The notes: generated by a model from the sequence alone, not told the origin. Shown: positions 7,546 to 15,986, counted from the stretch's first letter. The stretch is DNA of 20,000 nucleotides from an uncultured virus (IMG/VR IMGVR_UViG_3300027892_000017) (IMGVR_UViG_3300027892_000017:112441-132440), one strand, 5' to 3'. Program-made: numbers and translations.

Positions 7546-8078
7546 AGTGTTGTATCTTGTGTGTACTGATCCCAATGAGTGTACTTGTCTTTACTCATCA
7601 AGCTCTGTAAGTGATGTGTCCACACACCTGGATTTGTAGCACCCCAAGTTCGGTCGTCCAGTTTAAGTGTGGCATTATAGTTGAGTTGATTAATGTAAGG
7701 TAACTTGACACTAATCATGGGAACAAATCGAGGATATTCGTTATATGCTGATTCCAATACACCTTCAATGTGTTCAACACCAAAGTCTAAAGTAACCCAA
7801 TAGTCTGCTTTTAAACAGCCAATAATAACTTCATCCCATGCTTTATATTCTTCGTGGCTAATACTTTTAGGATTAAAACTTTGACTAGTGCCAAAGTAAA
7901 TATGTTTAATACGTTTGCTTTCGTCCAAGTATGCTTGTGTATCCCCTGCCTTACGAAGTATGTCTTCTAAAGGAGGTGTGCCTACAACAAACAAAGTGAA
8001 CATGCCATGACAAACAGTATGCTCTACTTCGTAGCCTGTAAAATATGTGACGTCTTGTCTTTGTTGTGTATCTAACAT
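7542..8078 (-). CDS. Hypothetical protein, possibly a degenerate QueE-fold paralogue without the Fe-S motif
   Basis: 178-aa ORF (solid). Five short colinear matches to the QueE in this window, seen by eye (see findings). Confidence 0.6.
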   Translation of the reverse strand: MLDTQQRQDVTYFTGYEVEHTVCHGMFTLFVVGTPPLEDILRKAGDTQAYLDESKRIKHIYFGTSQSFNPKSISHEEYKAWDEVIIGCLKADYWVTLDFGVEHIEGVLESAYNEYPRFVPMISVKLPYINQLNYNATLKLDDRTWGATNPGVWTHHLQSLMSKDKYTHWDQYTQDTTL

Positions 8079-8084
8079 GTTGTA

Positions 8085-8113
8085 AGTATATAATAATTAA
8101 TATATAAAGTCAA
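8085..8113 (-). promoter_or_regulatory. Sigma70-type promoter, probably giving a leaderless transcript
   Basis: TTGACT (8113-8108), 17 nt, TATACT (8090-8085); only 6 nt separate the -10 from ATG 8078; no Shine-Dalgarno. Confidence 0.78.
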
Positions 8114-8121
8114 ATCCAATT

Positions 8122-9015
8122 TTACCAAAGTAAGTAGCCTCTGCTTTGATTGGCTTTTCGATTAATACTTTCTTCAAATGCTTGTTCCCACTGTGATACT
8201 CTAGGATATGCGTTTGACCAAAATCTATCAACAATTATGTCACCGTTTTCAATCCAAGTAGCCGCATCTTGCATACATTTATAAAAACCTTCAGTTCTTG
8301 GACTAGGGAACATAATAGTACATGCTTTCCAAAGTAAATTACCAAAATCAGTGTTTACTTGCTTTTGATTTCCAAACACAATTAACGCTTCGTTGTTTAC
8401 GATTGGTTGATCAAATACATCTGGGCCTGAACCCAAATCAATAATAACGTCAAAGGTTCCAGTGTATTCTTCAGAAAGCAGTTCTCCCCACTGACGTTTA
8501 TTGCTTTTACCTTTTACTGTGATTTCAAAATCTAAATGATTTAGTTTAATTGTATGATACGCAACCCAAGCAAGGAAGCCACTGCCTATAATCAGCAATC
8601 TCTTACCTGGCCCACTTCGTTCTGCAATTTCTCTAATGGGTTGATGAATAATATTAATCCCGCATGCTACTGGTTCTAGTATGTATTTAGGATCAGCTTC
8701 GGGTACCTTAACATATTCTCTAGCACGTACATTATATACATCCGCATACGCAGGCTCGCCACGTGTTGCCACAAGGTCTCCTACTTTAACATCAGTTACT
8801 TTATTACCAATTTCAATAATTTGACCCAATCCTTCGTGACCATGCATATTTGATGGCAATAACGCAAACTTTCCTTGCATCATATCAATGTCACTTCTAC
8901 AAATACCAGTCATAACCGCTGCTACTTGGATTTCTGTTTCTCCAGGAGGCTGTACATCGTACTTTGCTTCAAAGAAAGCACCTTTACCGTCTGTTTGTAA
9001 TGTATCTACTATCAT
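8122..9015 (-). CDS. Zn-dependent medium-chain dehydrogenase (MDR family)
   Basis: GICRSD, GHEGLG, VKVGD, LEPVAC, Rossmann IIGSGFLA; lacks the structural-Zn four-Cys lobe. Confidence 0.88.
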   Translation of the reverse strand: MIVDTLQTDGKGAFFEAKYDVQPPGETEIQVAAVMTGICRSDIDMMQGKFALLPSNMHGHEGLGQIIEIGNKVTDVKVGDLVATRGEPAYADVYNVRAREYVKVPEADPKYILEPVACGINIIHQPIREIAERSGPGKRLLIIGSGFLAWVAYHTIKLNHLDFEITVKGKSNKRQWGELLSEEYTGTFDVIIDLGSGPDVFDQPIVNNEALIVFGNQKQVNTDFGNLLWKACTIMFPSPRTEGFYKCMQDAATWIENGDIIVDRFWSNAYPRVSQWEQAFEESINRKANQSRGYLLW

Positions 9016-9896
9016 AAATCTTCTATCCTTTCATGTATCCAAAAGTCTTGTTGTAATTGTTCTTGCCAAAAATTGTTGTTAGTTAGGTTTTCAATAGTAT
9101 CAACAATCATATTATGATATGCTTCTTCTGGGCACCAACCTAGTTCAAAACGTTCTACGCTACCATCTTCCATTGTAAATTTAATAGAGCTATCGTCTTC
9201 ATGCATATTAGCCCAATCTGCTAGTAAAGTCCATTTATTACCAAATAACAGATGGCAACGATCATCCACATCGTATGTCCCATTAGGATTTATAGTTCCA
9301 TATTCAGTACTTTTAATATTTTCCAGATTATGACATTGTAGTGAGTGTCTTCCAGTTTGTTGTTCTTTTAGCCAGTTTGGATTCATAGCAACATAAAGAC
9401 TTAGTAAGTGTGGCATTAGATCTCTACTAACTCCGCCAAACGCTAATTTTTTAGTAGTAAACCAGCTGCCTGGATTGGGAATACAATTTTTCCTACTCCA
9501 AAATATGTCTACAGTCTTTGCTTTAGCGGCTAATTCCTTTAATTCACTTATATTACTACGCCACATGTTATTTTTAACCATCATGAAGCGTGTATTGCTA
9601 AATGTTTGAACCAATGTAGCCCAGTTTTCTGATCGAGCAACACCAGGTTTTTCAACAAATACAATTTTACTTACAGGTGCAACTCGGGTTGCAATGTCAA
9701 AATGTGTAAAGTTAGGTGTACAAATATGTACAGTATCAAACGGAGCATACAATAGTATAGCAGAATCAATACTGGGTAACATTGCACCTTTTGTAATATC
9801 CTGATCCACAGTAATAACTTCGTGGCCAAGTTTGTCTAGCACAGATTTGTACAAGTTTCCAATACCCATACCAATGACTAGACTACGCTTGCTCAT
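9012..9896 (-). CDS. Gfo/Idh/MocA-family NAD(P)-dependent oxidoreductase
   Basis: LVIGMGIG, VHICTPNFTH, VFVEKP, GGVSRDLMPH motifs. Confidence 0.88.
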   Translation of the reverse strand: MSKRSLVIGMGIGNLYKSVLDKLGHEVITVDQDITKGAMLPSIDSAILLYAPFDTVHICTPNFTHFDIATRVAPVSKIVFVEKPGVARSENWATLVQTFSNTRFMMVKNNMWRSNISELKELAAKAKTVDIFWSRKNCIPNPGSWFTTKKLAFGGVSRDLMPHLLSLYVAMNPNWLKEQQTGRHSLQCHNLENIKSTEYGTINPNGTYDVDDRCHLLFGNKWTLLADWANMHEDDSSIKFTMEDGSVERFELGWCPEEAYHNMIVDTIENLTNNNFWQEQLQQDFWIHERIEDL

Positions 9897-10128
9897 TTTT
9901 CTTTTCCTCGTAGGATTTAAACATTCGAGTTACCTCTTCCATGCGTTTGGCAAACACATGCGGGCTTGCTTCTGCGGCCTGCTCCATATCCCAGTCGCTA
10001 GGATAATGACGCAAACAACTTCTAGCGCCGTCTTTAATTGCTTTTGGAACTCGAGGAGTAGTTAGAATCTCAAGTAAAAACTTTTGAGTCTGCAATACTG
10101 CTCGATATCTTTCATCAGGTAGCGTCAT
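9883..10128 (-). CDS. Small conserved hypothetical protein (resembles the BPSL0761 family)
   Basis: MTLPDERYRAVLQT..FL...VP..I...AR..LRHYP pattern, recognised from memory. Confidence 0.65.
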   Translation of the reverse strand: MTLPDERYRAVLQTQKFLLEILTTPRVPKAIKDGARSCLRHYPSDWDMEQAAEASPHVFAKRMEEVTRMFKSYEEKKNEQA

Positions 10129-11692
10129 CTTCTTTCTCGATTTCAGTTTCTAGTTCATCAAGTTTGTTAATTTCATCTTCACTAAATTCATCGCTATGTT
10201 CAACAACTGGTTGTGCAACAACTGGAGCAGTTTCTACAACCTCAAACAAGTTTTCAAAATTTGTATGAGCATTGATAGCTTTCTTACCACTTGCGCCACG
10301 TGTACCAATAACACGATTCCAAAAGAATCTAAATTCATCGATAACTTTTAACGCAGTACCTTTGTCGCTTGTAGCAAACAATGCTTCAACAATGTCTTTA
10401 AAGAATATCTGATCAAAACGTTCGTCAACTAACATATTAGGGCAACGACCAGCATCATATTGTCTGTTGGCTTCTTGAACAGCGTTCAAATGCATCCAAA
10501 CATTATGACCCATCATAATGCCATAACTAAAACTATCCCACGATGTTTTATTAACTTGTCCAAACTTGTTAGTATCGCCTGGGCCGTAAATGCAAATTTC
10601 ATTGAGTTTAATCTGATCAATAATGGGACTAGATTCAAATACTTTTAAAATGCCATCTTGAATAACTGCGTCTTTATACAAACGTGTATCGTTAGCATAC
10701 TTCTTGTCATCAGCACTTGATGTCATTCTGTATGTCCATTTTTTACGATCTTCTGTTTCTGTTTGAATATAAATCTGTCCGTTAGCAGTTGCTAAGAACG
10801 GGCTTGCACAGTCAAAGCTGATACTAAAGTTTTCGTTATGATGTTTGCGAACAACACGTTGAATATCTGTAAGTAATACTGCCCATTCTAATTTACTTGT
10901 ACCTAAAAAGTGCATCCAATCTTGATGACCTTTTTCTAACAATCCATCAAAACGTAATTCAACTAATCGTCTTAGTACAAGCTCGACATCACACATGTTC
11001 TGGCCACCCATACCCCAGCCATTAAATGCACGATCACCGTATTGCTTTGGATCACAATACTTTTTCATGCGATCATACCAGTCATCTGCTTGACCGTGAT
11101 TCTCGCCTTGTAATACGTTTAAGAACTTGCAATTGCCGTTTCGATTATTAACAAAGTAATCATTATTAATATATGTGCCATTAACTGCATCAGCATAACT
11201 GCTAATGCCGATTAGTTTAGGACTTTCTGGATTTTTAGCAGTCCAACTTGGAATATCAAGACACATACCATAGTCCATTAAGGTATCCATCCAAGCTAAA
11301 ACTTGTTTACGCTTTTTCATTGCACGTGGACAGTTGGGATCTTTCCAATCACCAGTCCATTTGCCTTTACCAATTTGGAAACCACCAGAGTCACCTAACA
11401 CCCAAGATGTATTGCGATCTCTGTTACGGAACATATCCTCTTTTGGATCAAACTTATTCAAGTCTAAGTTAGCATGTCCAGCACTATACAAGCACCAGTG
11501 ATAATAAAATGCACCCTTGTCTGGATCCAAATAGTTGAGACTCTCCGCACCGTGTGCAAATGATGGCGGAATACGAGTGGGGTCTACATAATTAAAATGA
11601 CGTTGTTTACCAACAAACGTCGAATAAAATGTCGACGTTGCTGGCAAAAACTTTGCGTAATCGCTTTGTGTAGCCGTTAAGTTTGTATTCAT
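10115..11692 (-). CDS. dpdA: TGT-superfamily guanine transglycosylase, probably DNA-acting (phage DpdA/DpdA2-like)
   Basis: GDSGGFQ, LDIP, VLQG, GWGMGG, HFLG, SFDCASP and GHN appear in TGT order. No CxCxxC zinc motif. Adjacent to replication and preQ-pathway genes. DNA rather than tRNA substrate is inferred from context. Confidence 0.82.
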   Translation of the reverse strand: MNTNLTATQSDYAKFLPATSTFYSTFVGKQRHFNYVDPTRIPPSFAHGAESLNYLDPDKGAFYYHWCLYSAGHANLDLNKFDPKEDMFRNRDRNTSWVLGDSGGFQIGKGKWTGDWKDPNCPRAMKKRKQVLAWMDTLMDYGMCLDIPSWTAKNPESPKLIGISSYADAVNGTYINNDYFVNNRNGNCKFLNVLQGENHGQADDWYDRMKKYCDPKQYGDRAFNGWGMGGQNMCDVELVLRRLVELRFDGLLEKGHQDWMHFLGTSKLEWAVLLTDIQRVVRKHHNENFSISFDCASPFLATANGQIYIQTETEDRKKWTYRMTSSADDKKYANDTRLYKDAVIQDGILKVFESSPIIDQIKLNEICIYGPGDTNKFGQVNKTSWDSFSYGIMMGHNVWMHLNAVQEANRQYDAGRCPNMLVDERFDQIFFKDIVEALFATSDKGTALKVIDEFRFFWNRVIGTRGASGKKAINAHTNFENLFEVVETAPVVAQPVVEHSDEFSEDEINKLDELETEIEKEDDAT

Positions 11693-12423
11693 TACTTAGA
11701 TTGAGCTGGAAGAATATAGTTGTATTCTGTAATACCACTATCAACTGTAATTTGCATAGCGCCTTGATCACTAATGCGTACTGTGCTCTTACCATCTAAG
11801 TTAAGAATACTAATAACAGCGTTAATTGGCCATGACCATGTGTGTTTCAATTTACCAACAACATTTGGTTGGAATACAAAGTTACCAGCGTGTGTACTTG
11901 CATCACCAAAACTTACAACTAAATTGCCATTGTCTGTTTTGACTTGGAACACGTTTTCTTCTGTATGTGCAGCCGCTTGCAATTTCAAACGACTGATTGA
12001 GCTCAGTGAAGGTTCAAATTCAATGTCCCAACCGTTGCCTTTGTACTTGACGCTTTTTAACTTTTCGTTAATAACTTCAGTACTCATAAATCTATAATCG
12101 TTAACAAAGTCGCCAGTTGCATTTTCAAAGTGCAAACTTGTTGGAATATCTACGCCGTTGCGTTGACTAGTAACAACATTAATCTTTGCGTTTTCTTTAT
12201 ATTCTGGATTCTTCAAGTGTAGTGCTAATTTGTCTAAGTTAGGCATACCAAATACGCCTGCAAATTCAGTAACTACCTTGTGTGTTTTAGCATTAACAAT
12301 AACGCTACGGTCTTCTGCCATTGATTCAATAGTTGTTTCTCCGTTCTCACCAGAAACTTTAACTGTTGGCAAAAAGCCTAGGCTATGTGTATGTGCTACG
12401 ATGTCTTGTAAAATGTTTTTCAT
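11692..12423 (-). CDS. Putative DNA polymerase sliding clamp (gp45/PCNA-like)
   Basis: 243 aa; two-domain beta/alpha pattern ending in a YNYILPA strand; close to polB. GGAGA RBS before ATG 12423. Fold assignment is by pattern only. Confidence 0.62.
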   Translation of the reverse strand: MKNILQDIVAHTHSLGFLPTVKVSGENGETTIESMAEDRSVIVNAKTHKVVTEFAGVFGMPNLDKLALHLKNPEYKENAKINVVTSQRNGVDIPTSLHFENATGDFVNDYRFMSTEVINEKLKSVKYKGNGWDIEFEPSLSSISRLKLQAAAHTEENVFQVKTDNGNLVVSFGDASTHAGNFVFQPNVVGKLKHTWSWPINAVISILNLDGKSTVRISDQGAMQITVDSGITEYNYILPAQSK

Positions 12424-12441
12424 ATGGGTCTCCAAGTTTGT

Positions 12442-12470
12442 ATTTTAACTGATATTGACGCTTGTGTCAA
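12442..12470 (-). promoter_or_regulatory. Sigma70-type promoter for the clamp-dpdA operon
   Basis: TTGACA (12470-12465), 17 nt, TAAAAT (12447-12442); overlaps the end of the upstream gene. Confidence 0.82.
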
Positions 12471-13239
12471 CACCTTTTTTTACTTTTTTGTTGTACTCTA
12501 TTACCGTTTCCAATAAATCAAATTTTTGATCTAATGAATTAATGTAATGAATAAACGCCGATGTATCTTTTGGAAAGCAATGCCCTCCCCAACCTCTTTC
12601 ACCATCAGGTCCGGGAACCATGCTGTGACTTGTGCCAATTCGGTTATCTTGGCAAATTAAGTGTCTAACAATATCAAAGTCATGTCCACTTGCCTCACAT
12701 ATATCATATATGTGATTAAAGAACGATACTTTCATTGCTAAAAAACTATTTGTTGCGTATTTGATAATTGCAGCTTCTTCAATTGAACACTTGTGTACTA
12801 CTAACAAGTTTGGCATTGCTCCCCTAAAAGCACAGTGCCAAAAATCCAACGGATCATCACCGCCAATAATCATATACTTTTGCTTGGCAAAATCTTCAAT
12901 TGCTGACTTTGCTCTTAAAAACTCTGGACTATACGCAATGCTATGTTCAGAATATTTTTCTGTAATAGCTTTAAGTTTGTCTGGACTTACTGTGCTTTTA
13001 ATTAAGATTGGCATATGAACTGGTGTTTGACTAATAACGTCTAACACGTTGCTGATATCACAATCCCCATTATCGTCACTAGGGGTATTAACACAGATAA
13101 TAATTCCAGCGGCATCATAATGATCTGAAATTTTAACTTCAGTGAGTGCTGGATCAACTACTTCAGTTTCATAAGTGTATTTTAAAGCAGCCTTAACTGC
13201 CTTACCTACAAATCCGTAACCTGCAATAATAAATTTCAT
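12445..13239 (-). CDS. UDP-glucose/GDP-mannose dehydrogenase family protein lacking the C-terminal domain
   Basis: GYGFVG, ICVNTP, IKSTV, SPEFLR, KYATNSFLAMKVSFFN, catalytic GGHCFPKD; only 264 aa. Confidence 0.9.
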   Translation of the reverse strand: MKFIIAGYGFVGKAVKAALKYTYETEVVDPALTEVKISDHYDAAGIIICVNTPSDDNGDCDISNVLDVISQTPVHMPILIKSTVSPDKLKAITEKYSEHSIAYSPEFLRAKSAIEDFAKQKYMIIGGDDPLDFWHCAFRGAMPNLLVVHKCSIEEAAIIKYATNSFLAMKVSFFNHIYDICEASGHDFDIVRHLICQDNRIGTSHSMVPGPDGERGWGGHCFPKDTSAFIHYINSLDQKFDLLETVIEYNKKVKKGVDTSVNIS

Positions 13240-13240
13240 A

Positions 13241-15907
13241 TTAAAATTCGAACAGTTTATTAAACGTGTTCTTCTCCTCTGTACTTTGCACGTCCCACTT
13301 CAATACACCAATCAAGTTATCAAGTTTATTATCAATAATTGATTGTTCCATTTCTGCGTGGTCAAAAGGCAAATCTTTAAACCATTGCGGCAAACGCAAT
13401 TCATCTACTGGGTAAGCAACGCTAGTATACCCTAATGGATTTTGTTTTACTTTACAAACAATAACTTTCATACCGTCTACAATTTGTTGACTGTACTTGT
13501 CGTCCATCATACGCTTTAGAGTATTCCAGTTAATGCTTGCTCGAACGTGACCAGGCATATTAGCTTTACCAGCTTTCTTTTCTTTCTCTTGATATTCCGC
13601 AATGTTGTTAGCACGTTTGGGACTACCCTTCTCCCAACCTGGACGTGCTTTAAATTCACTTCTAAATTGAGTAATATTTTCTAGTACTTCTTTTTCAGTT
13701 GCACCAGTTAGTACTTTTTCCAATACATCGCTTAAGAAGTTTTGAATAAACACGGGAGTGTCACTACGTTTCAAATCCAAACCCATAGCTTTAATCTTAC
13801 CAGGTTTGCCATCTATATCACTACGTTTGCCTTCTTTATCATAGTAAAGAACAGCATAACGTTTCTTAGTAATAAACAAACCTTTACTAGCAACAATTTC
13901 ACGTCCAGCTTTGATAACTTCTCCACGTGACTTTGGACAATGGAATGAGTCAAGCATAAACTGTGGGAATGTACTGTTTACTTCTTCTCCAATTTGATCA
14001 TATAATGAAACAACAGTTTCTTTACTCCATGGTAATGATCCGTTATCAATATCTTTCTTCAAAGTTTTATACGCTGAGAAATAGCAACTATCAGTATCAC
14101 CGTAAATAATAGCTTTACCCACATGGTCGTAATCGCCTGTAATAATTTCATTTACCTTGCCAGCCATGTGTTTACAAATGGTGCGTCCAGTCAATGTAGT
14201 TGACTGCCCAATACGATTGTCAAAGAATCTACAACCACTGTTAAGAATAGCACCATATAAACTATTTAGGTTAATCTTCTTAACCAGTTGTCTTTTATCC
14301 CAATATTCTTCTTCAATTTTATTACCAGCTTTGATAGCGTCTTTTAGTTTGGCTTGCATTTCCTTACGTTCACTATACCACCGCTTTAACAAGCCAGGAA
14401 TAATACCTTCTTTTTCGTAAGTGAAGATTGTACCATTTGCACTCAGCACCCAAGGCTGTTTACTTTCAAAAATTAGTCTATAAACTTCGGCAGCACTTAG
14501 TACATCACTGTCTCCGTTTTCCCAATCAATTGTAATTTCGGTGCCTACTTCTTGATTCATTACTGCGGTATATTCCAAAGCCGCAAACACGCCTTCCCAA
14601 CTACCAGCAAAACTTTTACCTTTGGCCATTAAACTGTCAATATAGTTTTGTGTCATTGTTTGACGTAACTGCCCAACAATAGTTTCTGGTCCCATATTAA
14701 GCGCACGAATTGCAGACGGATACAGTGAATTAATATCCAGTGAGCCGATCCAATCTTGCAAGCCTTCTTTTGGATGTGCAACATACGCACCAGCTGCCGC
14801 AGTATTTTCACGTTCAGCCATCTTAACACGATTGGGTACAACCATGCCTCTACGATGTGCCTCGTTGATAATGGCCTGTTCAGTAACAGCCACAGCACCC
14901 ATAATTGTTTGTAACAATACTGTGTTTTCGTGTGCCAGTGTATTGGCAAGATCCATAAACTTTAACTTCTTATCCATCTTGTCCAACAAGGCAGTATCTT
15001 GTCTGTTGTATTCAATAAACTTGCGGAAATCATGATTATAAAGTTGATCCAAAGTTCCTTCATATGGAACTTTGTTTTCACCAACTTCGATTTCACCAAT
15101 AGCATCTAGTCTATATGTGTGACGTTCTTCATATGTGTATTTGCGATACAATTCTAAACTGTCCAAGTGTACACGACCAATGAGATCATAAGTTACAGCA
15201 CTTTTTCCAAACTTCTCATACTCTCTGCGTTTTGGGAATTGATTAAACAAACAAAAACGTCTAGTGTCTTCTTTGCTTAGAGTTTTGGTCACACGATTAA
15301 CGGTGTACGGGATATCAAATCCCTCGCTGTTCCAGCCACTTAAAATGTCTGCATCTTGAATGATATCTAAGAATGTGTCTAACATTTCTGCTTCTGTTTC
15401 AAACAGCATAGTGTCTGGAATGTCTTTGATTGATTCTTTAGCCTGCTCCATTGTCATTGTCTTTGGAGGCACTGCTAAACAAACCATTGTATCTAACCAT
15501 TGTAGGTGAACAGCAATCGCAGTAATTGGCATAAACGCATCATCTGGACTTGCGTAGCCTCTTTCTGGATCAAAGTCCACCTCAATGTCGAACCATGCTA
15601 CGTGTAGCTTTGGTGGTTCGGCATTGATATAATTCTCACTCAAACATACAAATACTTGGTTAATATCTGCTTCGTATAGTTTCTTGTTGGAGTGGATTGC
15701 CATTTCCTTGCGGAAATCTTTTTGTGTTTTACAAACAACTTTGCTAACTGGAGTACCGTGTATACTTTGGTGTTTTCCTCTTGCATCATCGTAGTAAAAT
15801 GAGTAACGGGCCGGGATATCTTTAAATTCCCTCTTGCCGTCTTTATTGCGTTCGACAACTTTGACAACGTCATTGTCTCTGTCGAACCATGCGTCTACAT
15901 AGCTCAT
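13241..15907 (-). CDS. Family B DNA polymerase (T4 gp43-like) with 3'-5' exonuclease
   Basis: Exo DIEVD, GWNSEGFDIPY, YNRQD; Pol DINSLYPS, KKINLNSLYG, YGDTDS, KKRY. AAGGAG RBS before ATG 15907. Confidence 0.97.
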   Translation of the reverse strand: MSYVDAWFDRDNDVVKVVERNKDGKREFKDIPARYSFYYDDARGKHQSIHGTPVSKVVCKTQKDFRKEMAIHSNKKLYEADINQVFVCLSENYINAEPPKLHVAWFDIEVDFDPERGYASPDDAFMPITAIAVHLQWLDTMVCLAVPPKTMTMEQAKESIKDIPDTMLFETEAEMLDTFLDIIQDADILSGWNSEGFDIPYTVNRVTKTLSKEDTRRFCLFNQFPKRREYEKFGKSAVTYDLIGRVHLDSLELYRKYTYEERHTYRLDAIGEIEVGENKVPYEGTLDQLYNHDFRKFIEYNRQDTALLDKMDKKLKFMDLANTLAHENTVLLQTIMGAVAVTEQAIINEAHRRGMVVPNRVKMAERENTAAAGAYVAHPKEGLQDWIGSLDINSLYPSAIRALNMGPETIVGQLRQTMTQNYIDSLMAKGKSFAGSWEGVFAALEYTAVMNQEVGTEITIDWENGDSDVLSAAEVYRLIFESKQPWVLSANGTIFTYEKEGIIPGLLKRWYSERKEMQAKLKDAIKAGNKIEEEYWDKRQLVKKINLNSLYGAILNSGCRFFDNRIGQSTTLTGRTICKHMAGKVNEIITGDYDHVGKAIIYGDTDSCYFSAYKTLKKDIDNGSLPWSKETVVSLYDQIGEEVNSTFPQFMLDSFHCPKSRGEVIKAGREIVASKGLFITKKRYAVLYYDKEGKRSDIDGKPGKIKAMGLDLKRSDTPVFIQNFLSDVLEKVLTGATEKEVLENITQFRSEFKARPGWEKGSPKRANNIAEYQEKEKKAGKANMPGHVRASINWNTLKRMMDDKYSQQIVDGMKVIVCKVKQNPLGYTSVAYPVDELRLPQWFKDLPFDHAEMEQSIIDNKLDNLIGVLKWDVQSTEEKNTFNKLFEF

Positions 15908-15918
15908 ATCTCTCCTTA

Positions 15919-15968
15919 TGTCATTTGCGGCTGACAAACACCCATGTTGCGGTTTATGGCCCGCCGAC
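15919..15968 (-). promoter_or_regulatory. Tandem stem-loops in the polymerase 5' leader (putative translational operator)
   Basis: mRNA sense: GCGG-GCCAUAAA-CCGC, then UGUCA-GCCGCAAA-UGACA immediately before the AAGGAG RBS. Confidence 0.6.
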
Positions 15969-15986
15969 CTTTCCTAGCAATATTTA

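Noticed and set aside
2417..15873. Alternative-frame minus-strand ORFs nested in real genes (2417..2827, 3689..3943, 6306..6548, 6606..6869, 6866..7105, 11607..11795, 14653..14949, 15640..15873)
   Set aside because: They lie inside motif-bearing genes in another frame and have no independent support.
13241..15907. Intein, intron or split in the DNA polymerase
   Set aside because: About 890 aa with normally ordered motifs; no splicing or homing-endonuclease signatures seen.
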